From the NCBI GenBank assembly GCA_976551045.1, contig CDPCPM010000011.1:5766001-5830000 (forward strand): a stretch of DNA of 64,000 nt, written 5' to 3'. This DNA comes from Glaucostegus cemiculus. Lineage: Eukaryota. This document shows, in pieces, positions 1-11,849 of the stretch (the stretch's first letter is position 1; the number at the start of each line of letters is the position of its first letter). The translations under genes were made by a program, and so were the position numbers. The notes beneath the pieces were generated by a model. The model saw nothing but the letters and a program-made list of their open reading frames with translations, ran no database searches and had not been told where the DNA came from.

Positions 1-1249
1 GTTTAAGTTAACGGGTCAGTGCATACATCCTACAATGTGGGTTAAAACCACAATTTCTGTGGGAGGACTAGAATAATGAATATTTCGGAATGGAGAACAA
101 AAGTTGAAGGTAGAAACTATTTTGAAGCCATACACAGTGCATTTAACTAAATATTTAACAGTAGAAAGATGAATATTTTATGCCATTGGCAACCCACATA
201 ACATTACATTTTCTATCATACATATAAGCTGTCATGAGATCAAAATCAGTGCCGTCACTTCTACCTTGCAGCATGAACCGAATGAGGCCAAGTTCCATCA
301 CCACAGTGCACAAGGAGAAGCTAACTGACAAATCACTGGCAGACTTAATACTCTCTCCTCACACTGCCAACAATGTTAATTTATATGTTGAATTATGCTG
401 GTGTATTTTCCAACTATTTCCAATCTTGATGACCAGTGTCAATTTTAGTTGACAGCATAAGTACTTGCTCTTCTTGTGTTGGCTTGAATAAATCATAACT
501 ACTTTCCAGCATCTGTAGCTTTAAAGCACATCACACTAAAATAGTTGTTGGCTTTAACAAAAATCCAAGCTGTGAAGACTCAACAAGATGTCAAAGGGAA
601 AAGCAGAAATAATGGGATGATTTATTCAAGAAAAGAGAGAATTAACAAATTTCAGATGAAGGAAACTTTGAATACAATTTGGTTAGTGATTTTAGCATTG
701 ATGCAATTCATTGTGGGTGCAACAATGTATTTTGAATTAATGAGACATCAGAGAGGATTGTCACAATTTTCAATTATATTAGTAATCGAATGGTCTAATT
801 AATTCTATTAGCTCAGATGGTAAACACATTCCTCAGTGTGGAACTTAGAAATAGAAAACAGGAAGACGTAGGTATGAACCCTGATTTTTAAATGATGTCA
901 ACTGCAGACATTAATGAAGGGTTTTAAAATTGGACCAATTCCCCATACTGGGAAAGAATGGAATATTAGCCAGGCTCTCTCACATCTGCTGGTTAATCAG
1001 TGATTTCTGCTGGAAAATCTTGAGCATTGGCTGAGGTTAAGATTGGATTCAGCTCCAGTGCTCCTTGTGGTAAATTACCTGTCAACACCTACTTCCAGGG
1101 CAATGTGAAAAATGACTACTTCTGTGAAGTACTCAACAAGATCTAATGCAAGTAGAATTGCACTTTAGTACAAGTCCTTAAGGAGCAGGGGACAGAGCAC
1201 CATGTTGGAAGCAGATGTATGTTTAAAACAGACCAAACAAAGAGCTTTC

Positions 1250-1462
1250 CTTTACTGGAAATGGCATAAATATTGCTTTTATATTCTCCGAACAACTCTG
1301 AGGTTAGAATTCTCTTCATGCCACAGGACACATTATAGACAATTGTGTCATCCACTCTACTGAATCCAAATAAGATTACACTTGAAAAAAAAATCTTATG
1401 TTGGAAGTTCTGTGCAGAAAGACTTCTACAATTCCCAGATCTACACAGAACTCTACAGCTGT
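1250..1462 (-). pseudogene. Pseudo-exon, PIN-like C-terminal segment
   Basis: Acceptor tcctgcctcccccactgcag|. Reads TAVEFCVDLGIVEVFLHRTSNIR, reminiscent of the TASOR2-type 'C..AGI.EVLPYH' segment. 3' end uncertain. Confidence 0.3.
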
Positions 1463-1691
1463 CTGCAGTGGGGGAGGCAGGAGATGACATTAGTGCTATT
1501 CATCACCTTGGAGTGTTCAATGGCAAGTTTTTTTTCTCTAAATTATTTACAAGACCTGCATTTATTGCCCCTTTCTCACTACCCTTGAACCATTGCAATG
1601 CATTTACAGAAGGTGTTGGGTAGGGAGCCTAGCAGGATTTAGACCCAAACACAATGAAGGAACAATTATTACATTTCAGATTAGGGAGCAA

Positions 1692-1917
1692 CACACACAA
1701 AACGCTGGAGGAACTCAGCAGGTCAGGCAGCATTTATGACAGAAAATGAACAGACGACGTTTTGGTGTGGGACCCTCATCAGGAGTCCTGATGAAGTGTC
1801 TCGGCCTGAAACGTCAACTGCTCATTTCCCTCCATGGATGCTGCCTGACTGACTGAGTTCCTCCAGCATTGTGTGTGTTTAGCACCAGATTTCCAGCATT
1901 TGCAGTCTCTTTGTCTC
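1692..1917. mobile_element. Penelope-derived palindromic non-autonomous element with hammerhead ribozyme core
   Basis: Arms gctggaggaactcagcaggtcaggcagcat / atgctgcctgactgactgagttcctccagc, symmetric about tcatcagga-g-tcctgatga (centre 1785). CTGATGA...GAAAC-GTC at 1788-1815. Confidence 0.8.
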
Positions 1918-2064
1918 ACAGGTTAGAGTGCAATTTGGTGGTAAACTGATAGTTGTTACTTTGAAGGTTTCAGATTAAAAGTAAATATGATCCACAAATC
2001 ACACCAGAACATTCAGAGATCCGGGCCCATCCCAACAGCAATGATAGTTTTGGAATCATTTTAC

Positions 2065-2162
2065 CTGTCAGAATATTAATGGCATTACAAATATAAAGCA
2101 TCCTCGAGAGAAAAAAACAAAACCAGATCTTATTATACTCAAAGTGCAGGTGAAGATTCATG
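2065..2162 (-). pseudogene. Pseudo-exon
   Basis: Acceptor cttgccctcttttag| and donor acag|gtaaaa. Reads MNLHLHFEYNKIWFCFFLSRMLYICNAINILT. Confidence 0.35.
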
Positions 2163-2689
2163 CTAAAAGAGGGCAAGAGTGCTTGATATCAGTTTGGATC
2201 ATTTGTCAGACGTTTGGGGTGGCCATCCGAAGGCTATTTAGGGATGTGGAATGCCCTGCAGTGAGTTGGTGTCAAACTTAATTTGGTCTGGCTTTCCCGA
2301 AGAAAACAGTATGTTTTCTTAAAAAAATATTTCAGCTTGATATGGAGCCAAGAAGAGCAGAATCTCAATACTGGGCTTCACAGCTCTGCAAAGGCCCACT
2401 GCCAGCCTACAACACCCCACCCATCCTCAGTCCCTACCCCTCCCTCCCCACAACCCCAAGTGAAATTCCTTTCCACACTCCTCCTCAGATTTCATTTAAT
2501 AGACAACAGACGTTGGCCAAAATTTGAAATAAGGAATAAGGTGAGAGGACCAATTTGTGGCATGCCTTGAACCACCTGGTTGGGCGAGCGATGGTTACAA
2601 AGAAAAGGGACCAGAGTCAGGTTCTCTTCCCCATGTCCTGGAATATGGCTCCTCTTAATCTCTATCTTTTATTTAATCCATGATTATTT

Positions 2690-2975
2690 AAATCATGGCT
2701 TTAAGATTATGGGTGGGAAGTTCATGGGAGATGTCAGAGGGATGTTTTTCACCCAGAGAGTGGTTGGTGCATGGAATGCACTGCCTGGGGTGGTGGTGGA
2801 GGCAGATACATTGGACAGGTTCAAGAGATTGTTGGATAGGCGCATGGAGGAATGTGGGATAGAGGGATACGTGGGAGGAAAGGGTTAGATAGTGTGAGGT
2901 GTGGTTTGATGGACAGCACAACATGGTGGGCCGAAGGGCCTGTGTTGTGCTGTATTGTTTTATGGTTCTATGTAA
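2690..2975 (+). mobile_element. CR1-type LINE 3' fragment
   Basis: Encodes GFKIMGGKFMGDVRGMFFTQRVVGAWNALPGVVVEADTLDRFKRLLD (CR1 ORF2 C-terminus), followed by the ggccgaagggcctg 3' UTR. Confidence 0.92.
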
Positions 2976-3466
2976 CATGAAAAGCCAGTCTGGATGTCAA
3001 TGATCAGTTACATTTTTGATCAAATTTCCTGGATAGAAATGTGTAGATCAATTACTTTAACAGGAAAAAAAAAACCCTCCTAGAATAGTATCAAGGCAAA
3101 TAATTTGGAGTTTGATTTCAATCCTGATCAATGCAGACAGACATCATAAAGCATGCCTTTAATTAAAGATAATTGGGCTGAACATTTTGGAAGCTGGGAA
3201 TGAGGACATGACTGATCTGCTGACTCTGAAAAAAGAATATTTTTTAAAGATTACAGTAGTGAGTTGATGCGTTTAGTTTCAGTGCCAATATTAACCAATT
3301 ATAAGTCCTTGTACACTAAAATACAGAAGAAGCATTGATCATTTTCAACAGCAAAAACTCAAATGTATTATGAACAGAAACAATGAGAAAAAACAGAACA
3401 CCAAATGCCTACTTTTGATTACAGCATAAACCTGTCCCAGGCTTTAAGCTTATATTCTTGTACAGA

Positions 3467-3680
3467 TAACATAAGACATAGAAGCAGGAGTAGCCCAACT
3501 GGCCCTTTGAGCCTGCTCTGTCGTGCAATAAAATCATGCCTGATACTGTGGCTCATTTATTTTGCAGCTTGATTTCCTATATCCTCCAATTCCCTTCGAG
3601 TCCAAAAATGTATCTATCTCAGCCTTGAATACACTCAATGACTGAGCATCCACAGAGCACTCTGAGGTAGAGAATTCATA
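3467..3680 (-). mobile_element. CR1-type LINE 3' end
   Basis: acataagacatagaagcaggagtagccc... is the reverse complement of a CR1 3' tail. Confidence 0.8.
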
Positions 3681-3686
3681 TGCTAC

Positions 3687-3899
3687 CATGTGAATCAGCC
3701 CAAATACCAGCTACAATGTAGAAGTGAAATCGCTACCGTCTCAACTGGCTGAAAGCTTCTTATCGCAAAGAAATAGCTAATAATCTTTTCCAACAGTGTT
3801 TTTAACTGCTATTTGGATAGCACTGAGCTTATGAATGACAGAATTTATTGTGGTGATCAGGTCATTCCAGTCTATTCTTTTCATAGCATTTTTTAAACA
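3687..3899 (-). pseudogene. Pseudo-exon, possible PIN-like segment
   Basis: Acceptor atttattatag|. Reads CLKNAMKRIDWNDLITTINSVIHKLSAIQIAVKNT, then stops. Abuts a CR1 insertion. Confidence 0.3.
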
Positions 3900-4031
3900 C
3901 TATAATAAATATCAAGGAGTAAAAAAAAAATGATATGGACAAGATTATATTGAACCCAGTTTGAAATTCAAGACATACTGCGAGAAAACAATTTACTGTT
4001 TAGTGTGTTCCTATATTATCTATCAACGCAC

Positions 4032-4252
4032 CTCATAAACTTCTTGTCTGAAATAGGATAGAATTTATTTTTCACTGTAGTGGATAATTTCAGTGTAGCT
4101 GCAGAACCTCTCCCCACAATCTTGTGAAATCTTCTACTCTGCGTAATGTCGGAATATAGATGCCTGCAGCACCTTTTGCATTTTCATCTAAGCTATTTTA
4201 CACTGTAACATCTCGACAATTCTCAGAGATACTTGAGCACCAAGTCATTATA
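4032..4252 (-). pseudogene. Pseudo-exon
   Basis: Donor gag|gtgcgt. Ends with ...TVKNKFYPISDKKFM. Internal stops. Confidence 0.3.
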
Positions 4253-4309
4253 CTTAGTATTTAAGTTTATTTTGTACTTTAAATATCACTTAGTTTCATT
4301 GTGCATATT

Positions 4310-4525
4310 CAAGATACTGCAGCTACTGGAAATCTGAAACCAGAACAGCAAATGATTGGCAGATCAGATGGCACTGTGGAGCAGAGTATTATTGTTTCAA
4401 GTAAATGATCAATTATGTCTCTAATTCAATCCGGATCTTACGTCCATTTGTAGCATGGTCTGTTCCTCTCTCCATATTTGCTGCCTGACCAACTCAGTAT
4501 TTCCAGCATTCTCTGGTTATATTTA
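4310..4525. mobile_element. Degraded Penelope-derived element
   Basis: Contains the family motifs actgcagctactggaaatctgaaa and gctgcctgaccaactcagtatttccagcatt. Confidence 0.65.
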
Positions 4526-5775
4526 GCATGCTTGTTTCCATTCTTGGGAATGGTGGGTATATTGCCAAATATAAGGGGTACTAGAGATATACAATTGATA
4601 AGTAATTTTTATTGTTCCCATAACTGTTTTCCTATCAATGGTGAATGATGAAGATGTTATCCATATTTGTTACAAAGTACATTTCAACAGATCAGCAAAG
4701 CATTATGAGATACTATGTAGCAATAGCTGGAAGATGTCTGCATATTAGATTCTATGTACAGTTTTTAGAAATTGTGCCACTTTTTCCTCATAAAGTGTAA
4801 CCCGAACTTATTTGTCATCTGCAGCATTCCAACCAAAATTACCAACGAGAGCTGCTGAAATGAAAGCATTGAAGTTACACGCATTATGAATAGCATAGGT
4901 TCATAGAGATTGAGGCAGTTAGATTTAATGGGAGGCCTTTTTAAATTCAACACTAAAGCTGCCTATTTAAAAACCCTGAATGCTCAAAAATTTTATAATA
5001 GATTTGATGATCTTCTTGCTAGTTTCCATGCCTACAGAAATTTCTTCTGCTCCAATGCAACTTAAAGATTCTGTGTCAGCTCAAACAGATCAATCGGTGT
5101 GTGCACAATTGTAAGACGCAAACACTCTGCAAGGTCTTATCCAGAGACAGCACATTCACCATATCTGATTATGAGCAGGCATCAATATAAATAAGGTATT
5201 ACAAGATCTGAATATTTCAGTAATCAATATAAAACATGACTTCAAGCTACATAGTGCAACATGTCCTTTGGTAAATTGTTTGGAGACATTTTGAAAGAGT
5301 GGAGATTAGCCTTCCATTAGTATCTGTTCTGTGTTCATTTACTGCACCAAGTATCCATGTATTACGAGTTGTAGAGCATAGAATAAGGTGACTCTGAGGA
5401 AGGGAACCTCACATAAGCAAAGTGGGAAGCAGGCTCACCAGCTCCCAAGGAAACAGCTAGATCAGCACTCAAACAGAAAGCAAGCGTAACAACATCCAAG
5501 GAGGCACTCATGAAGGAAGCAGCCACATTAGCACAAGGTAGGGAGCAGGCATGGCATCATCCTTGTAGGAGACATTGACACTATGATTCACACAGGAAGC
5601 TCACATTCTAAAACCAATGTCGGAAGCACCTAACAGCCGGCACTCTCTGCACAGCTTACACCTGTACCAATACTATGTGAACCATATACTGTATAGAGAA
5701 GCAACACCACATCTGCAGCCACATTTGCGTCCATGCATATAAACCTACACCACCCCCATTGCATGTAATGCCATT

Positions 5776-5977
5776 TTGACAGAATATCATTAATCCTATA
5801 AATACAACAAACATGCATGAACCAGGACATTAAACTTATTTTGCAAGGCTGGCATTTATCATTTCTTGACAAAATACCATTAACCCTCTGAAACACCAAA
5901 GTAGTTTTGTACCTTATCACCATATAGGACAAGGTTAGTATTTTAAAGTTCATTGACAGAATTCCATTAACCATCTG
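5776..5977. repeat. Three spaced copies of a ~22-25 bp motif TTGACARAAT..CATTAAYC
   Basis: Copies start at 5776 (ttgacagaatatcattaatcct), 5866 (ttgacaaaataccattaaccctctg) and 5953 (ttgacagaattccattaaccatctg). Spacers are dissimilar. Confidence 0.75.
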
Positions 5978-6299
5978 ATGCAGAAATGCTGCTGGTCGCT
6001 GCAAAATGCCGCACAAGGTTTTCTAATCATTCTCTCGCGCTGCTATCTTTATATAAATTAAAATATCAATTAACTAATTTAGTCTGGATTTCAAGGTGCA
6101 CATCTGCAGATCTGTGTAGTTTATGAGCCCACTTTCTCAGATCTCATTGGCTTAACTTGTGTGTACAATTTACACTTTTTGCAGAAAGATATGTACTTTA
6201 GATGTTCCCTGTCTCATTGTTTAATGACAATAAAACCAAACCGAGGCAGCAATATGTAAAACCTGCTCTTAATCTGTTGAGAGAAGATACTTGCATCCA

Positions 6300-7915
6300 A
6301 GAACACATGAACTCAAGAAAATTGGAGCAGAAGTAGGCCATCAGGACCCTCCAGCCTGCCCCGCCATTCAATATGATCAAGGCTGATCTGTGCTGGCCTC
6401 AACTCCTCCTTTGTGCCGGTATGCTCTAGCCCTCAAGTCATCAACCTTTCGACTATTTATCTACCTCCTTCTTAAATTTTTTGAATGATCTGCCTTCTAC
6501 CACTCTTGGAGGTAAAGAATTCCAGAGATTCACTACCCCCTAAGTGAAGACATTTTTATGCACCTCAATTTTAAATGATTATCTCCTTATTTGTAGCTCT
6601 GTCCTCTTGGTCGAGACTTTCCCACTAGTCGAACCATCTCATTGTTTACCCTGTCAAGTTCTTTAGGATTTTATATGTTTTAATATAGAACATAAACACC
6701 TACAGCACAATTCAGGCCCTTCGGCCCACAAAGCTGTGCTGAACATGTTCCTACACTAGAAACTACTAGGCTTACCCATAGCCCTCTACCTTATGTTGCT
6801 CCATGTACCTACCCAACAGTCTCTTGAAAGACCCTATTGTATCCTCATTCTTTTAAACTCTGAGGAATACAGACCCAAAATGTGTAGCCTCTCTTGATAG
6901 GACATACCTCTCATCCAAAGAATTAGCCTGGTGAATCTCCTTCAGACTGCTTTTAATGCTACCATATCCTCTTCTCTGCAAGGGGGCCAAGACTGTGTGC
7001 AGTGCTCCAGATGTGGCCCCTCCAACACCTTGTGCTAATATAACAAAAGTAAGAATAGGGACCCTATACTCCAATCCCTTCACACTAAACAAAAAGATGG
7101 AGGAATCCGGTGGGTCAGGCAGCATCTATGGAGGGAAATGGACAGTCAACATTTCAGGTTGAGACCCTTCACCTGGACTGAAAGATAGAGGGGAGATAGC
7201 CAGTATAAAATGGTGGAGGGAAGGGGTGGAGCAAGAGCTGGCAGGTGATAGCTGGAGCCACATGATCTGCAGTCTCTTGTGTCTCACCTTTGCAATAAAG
7301 GCCAAAATGACATTTGCATTCTTATCTACTTGTCAGACCTGCTTGCTAACTTTTTTGATTTGTGTACAAGAACACTTTGAACTTTCTGAACTTCACTCAT
7401 ACAGTCTCTCTCCATTTAGATAACAATCCTTTTGATTTTTCTCACCAAAGTGCATGACCTCACACTTCCCCACACTACCTCAATTTGCCAGATATTTGCC
7501 CAATTATTCAATCTACTTATATCCTGTTGCATAATCCTAATGTACTCATCACAAAATATGCTCTCACATATTTTTCTTATCATCTGCAAATCTGGAAATC
7601 TTACATTTCATTTCCCCCTCCAGGTCATTAATGTAAATAGTTTAGAATTGAGAACTAGGAGCTAATCCCTAGAGTACGAGACCAGTTACATCTGTCTAGC
7701 CTGAAAAGGACTCATTTATACCAACTCTTTGGTTTTTATCTATAGCCAATTTTCAATCCATTTGTGTGCATTTCTTCTAATACCTTGGGCTCTTATGTAG
7801 CATCATGTCAAATGCCCTCTGAAAATCTAAATACATGACATCCACAGGTTCTCCCCTATCAACTCTCCCTGTAACATCTTCAAAAATTCTGAGCAAATTT
7901 GTCAAACATTGATTA
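6300..7915 (-). mobile_element. Degraded CR1 LINE with nested CR1 3' end (~6687-6845) and Penelope-derived insert (~7085-7285)
   Basis: CR1 tail ggagcagaagtaggccatc at the left end, RT-region remnants (tgtcaaatgccctctgaaaatctaaatac), and a second tail tagaacataaacacctacagcac. Confidence 0.8.
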
Positions 7916-8411
7916 CTTGCATTTTATGGAAAGTAAAACATGTTGCTGTAATAAAGTGAAACATGAAATAAACCTCTATTAAAATCTGGAACTGTTATTT
8001 GTAGGCACAGCAGCACAAATATGTGTTTTCTAAAGCACTGTAGTGCATGTTTCTGACTGATTTTTTCATTTAGTTCATTTGGGATAATTGCATAACCCTT
8101 GAATTGCATGTTTCTAGTCACAATATTATCCTGTACATGTCATAATATTTTTATTAATTATTTTATTCCCAAGTAGCAGTTTTGGTCTCAAGGCCCTGCA
8201 GCATTATGCAAAATTGTACCAATAAAAAAAATGTAATAGATTTAAGGAAGAACTGACTACATTGATTAACATACTGCAATATGTTCGAATCACATGAAAA
8301 AAACACTTCCTGTTTTTTTCTTAATCATTAAGTCATCAAACCTTATTAAAATGATCATCTTCTGACACATTTGGAAAAAAAATCTCAAACAACAACTTCT
8401 CGTAAACTCAC

Positions 8412-8655
8412 TTAGCTGTAATTTGGCACTGCATCGCAGAGTCCTTGGTTTCTCTTTATTGGTGCAGTCATACTGCAAACCTTGCAATACTGTGATCTGA
8501 TTTCCTGGCCAGACTAGCAATCCAGCATTATAAATGTAGCAGAACTATGATTTGCTGGGCACTTTTAAATCATTTTCAATGCCATCTGGAGAAGCTTGTC
8601 TCATGCCACTGGTATTTCACAAGATGTATTTAAAAGTCAACAGATAACAATGAGC
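8412..8655 (-). pseudogene. Pseudo-exon, PIN-like segment
   Basis: Acceptor ttatgcag| and donor taa|gtgagt. Reads NQITVLQGLQYDCTNKEKPRTLRCSAKLQL, resembling recalled TASOR 'LVEILSYHNCDSQTRNAPELDCLIRLQ'. Confidence 0.4.
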
Positions 8656-8924
8656 CTGCATAAACCTTAACAAGACCTCAATTTAAATACCATGCACAGA
8701 ATTGGAATCCAATCTAATGTAGGGTCCTCAGGAAGAATACAGTACAAATTCACTGAGATGCTTGCTGATCTAAAGAAATAACAAAAAAGAAAATTGGGTG
8801 TTTTCTTTAGAACACAGCAGATTACAGAGGCAATATATAGGTATATTCAAACACATGGAAAGATGAGGTACAGGAGCAAAAGGCAGTAGAATGGCAGAGT
8901 GTTTAATTTTCTGGACATATTCAG

Positions 8925-9215
8925 CATCCTGGACTATTGATTTGTGGATGAGTTCAAATCCAACCACAAGAGGAATTTCAAATCAAGTAATCAGGTAAAT
9001 CAGGAATAAAAAGTTATTATCAGTAATGGTAGCTATGAAACTATGGGGTATCACAAAAATCCATCTGGTTCTCCAATGTCCTTCAGGGAAGGAACTCTGC
9101 CTGGTCTGGACTGCTTGTGACTCTTAACTCTCCTCTGAAACGGCTGAGCAAGACACTCCATTCAGGGCAATTAGAAAAGGGTGATAAGTGTAACTTTGAT
9201 ACGAACAAATAAGTA
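8925..9215 (+). mobile_element. tRNA-derived chondrichthyan SINE
   Basis: B-box-like gagttcaaatcc, body ccatctggttctccaatgtccttcagggaagga, tail cagggcaattag. Confidence 0.75.
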
Positions 9216-9717
9216 AAATAAGAGCATATTAATGCTGTCAGTGTATGTTTTGAGAATAAAATGTCTGTGGATAAAAAGATGAAACATAAGTACCTTAGGA
9301 AAAAGTAATGGAACAGTCTCAGCAGAGAAGTGAGATTATTGAATTAAATTCCAGGACTAGCAGGTGAGACCAAAAAAATCTCAAAATTAAAGAACGGATT
9401 GGTAAAGCAGATGTAAGGGTATGGAAGCTGGGTGGGTAAGTGTAACTTTGTTCATTAAAGGTACGTGCTGATACAGAAATGTCAGGCTGTTTCCCCATTG
9501 TAACTTCAATGTACTTTTATTAACGATCTTTGCTTGCCATATAGAATTTATAACGCAAAAAACTGGAACTTTGTCTCAGCAGATCTATGCCAGTTCCACA
9601 CTAGCCTCCACCCACTCTGTTTGCTTTATTCCCCAACACTGATGCACCTTTCTTTTCTTTCTTATATAGTCATCATCTATACAGTTCACCACAAACACAC
9701 CTCAGCAGTAGACTCAC

Positions 9718-9805
9718 ATTCTCATCAATATCCACATAAATAACTCTTTTTCATAATTCTTTCCTTGATGTACTGGTGACTGCGTCCCATAGCTTTGGAT
9801 TCTCA
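9718..9805 (-). pseudogene. Pseudo-exon (88 nt)
   Basis: Strong acceptor ttttttctacttcag| and donor aat|gtgagt. Confidence 0.45.
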
Positions 9806-11479
9806 CTGAAGTAGAAAAAATTATGTTTGTCTGGAAAAACAAATGCAGGCCTTGCATGCAACACCTACATCCTGTGAATAAATAAAAATCTTAATAAACA
9901 CCTTCATAATCTTAAAGTGCTATATCAGGTCAGTAAGGTATAAATGCTCCGGCTCTTGTTACTCCTTACTCAGAGTTTCGACATCCATTAAAAAATCTTT
10001 CTTTTAGCACTTTTGCAAGTGCTTCTACTTTTGTAATATGGAGAGCACAAATGTGCAGAAACATTTTAATCCAAATTAATACCAATATAAAGCCAACACT
10101 TAAATATTGAAATGAACATTTTCTTTGTATTCGGAATTGAAATTTGATTCTTATTCTAGCAGAACCACTACTTAAAATTTAGCACATTAATAGTGAGTTG
10201 TCAGAATGTAAAAATAAAACTTATTTTGTGCTTGAGTAACTGCATATATAACTGAGATTGTCCATTAAGGGGAATGCTCTTGAATAGTCAAATCGCCTCA
10301 TTATTCTATTGGTGTGACAGATCACATATTATTATTCATTCAAATTTCAAACACAATACTTCCACAATCAAGACATTCCCTATTCAGTGAATGTGCTTTT
10401 TATTGTCAGGCATCTAACACCAGTGATTGCACCATCTAATACTCAAGACTGTAGAGTTTAGTTTTTAAATCCTCTGCTAATTTAGCATTATTCTTTCATC
10501 TATCTGCCTATGTCTTACAAGTCCTCATTATAACTTAAAACATGCCTATTGCTAAAATATCATCTCAAGGGATTAAGGGAGGCAACTGCAACTAATTTTG
10601 AATCAGAAACTTGAAGTAAAAGTCAAATATCATGCAATCTAAAACTTTCTCCACTCTCAACATTATTATTCTCTCATTGATCCAAGATCATGCAGGGAAC
10701 TAGAGAAGAGCCAATGTATTGTCCTCAGTGACAAACCACCACATTTGACACCCTTGATTGGCACTAATTATATCAACCACTAAATTTGACAGACAACAGG
10801 TTTATGAGACCATCCACAGGTTGCAACCCATTCACCTTGACCCCAACTCCATTTCCATCTGACAATTTATTCACATATTTGTCCCTTAGCTACTGGGTAT
10901 TTCATCAAGACCCATATTCTTGAGCTAACCCATCTGTCTCAATTTTCTTGTCACATAATTACTCTTGCTCATTCGTAAGTTTACTGATATTTTTAATGTC
11001 TACCTTTTGTTGGGCTCTTTCCTTCATTTCAAGATGGCTATTGTGATACTTTCTCAAAAGATTCACCAATCAGTTCTCAATCCTCGCTTGTTACAACCCA
11101 AAGTGCCTTTTCTCTTAACACAACTTTTATGAATATCCTTGAACTTCAAAATGCCCTCCATCCTGCCCACAGCATTGAGTCTCACTGGCTGAAATCATTT
11201 GCAATATCGTTTGTGACCAACATTAGGCCAGTCCCTGCTTTGCCTACTCCTCTATTCCAAGTCTTCATGTTCTTTTTATTTCATGGAGGGACTTAGAATA
11301 GACCAGCAACAGAAGCGTTCGTTGACAAAACCATTTAGCTTGTTTAGCTCTCAACTGAAGTTCCACATCTTCACAAGAACTCTGGCTGCCAGTGTAGTAA
11401 CTAAATAACCTAATCAGGAAACAATGTACAAAGCCGGAGAGTTGAGCTTCATCCAAACTATCATCAAAACTGGTTTCCT

Positions 11480-11830
11480 TTTTTTAAATTTAAGCATTCC
11501 AGGGACATGGGCACTGCTGTCAATGCCAGCATGTATTGTCCATCTTTAATTGAGAAGAGAGTTCGGAGTCAACAACAGTGCTGGGTTTAGAGCTGCATAT
11601 AAGCTAGACCAGGTAGGGATAGAAGATATCCTTCCCTGAAGGATATTAGTGCAGCATATCTCACAGTGCCCGGATCACTATTACTGACACGAGATGTTTT
11701 AAGCTCTAGATTTAGTTAATTACTTGGATTTAAACTCCTCAACTGCTGTGGTGAGTTTTAAATTCCTGTCTCTGGATCAATGGTCCTGAACACTGGCTGC
11801 CAGTCCAATAACCTCATCACCATGCTGTTA
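11480..11830 (-). mobile_element. tRNA-derived chondrichthyan SINE (same family as 8925-9215)
   Basis: Reverse-complement match, e.g. ccttccctgaaggatattagtg and gggacatgggcactgctg. Confidence 0.75.
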
Positions 11831-11849
11831 TACCTCTGAATCACAACAC

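Noticed and set aside
270-511. Possible minus-strand exon (MLESSYDLFKPTQEEQVLML...)
   Set aside because: Multiple stops, weak splice signals and no recognisable homology.
5063-5165. Possible further pseudo-exon (DLAECLRLTIVHTPIDLFELTQNL)
   Set aside because: The acceptor is weak and the similarity too slight to list as a feature.
5776-5977. CRISPR-like repeat-spacer array
   Set aside because: Vertebrate context, only three degenerate copies, ~65-bp spacers and no cas genes.
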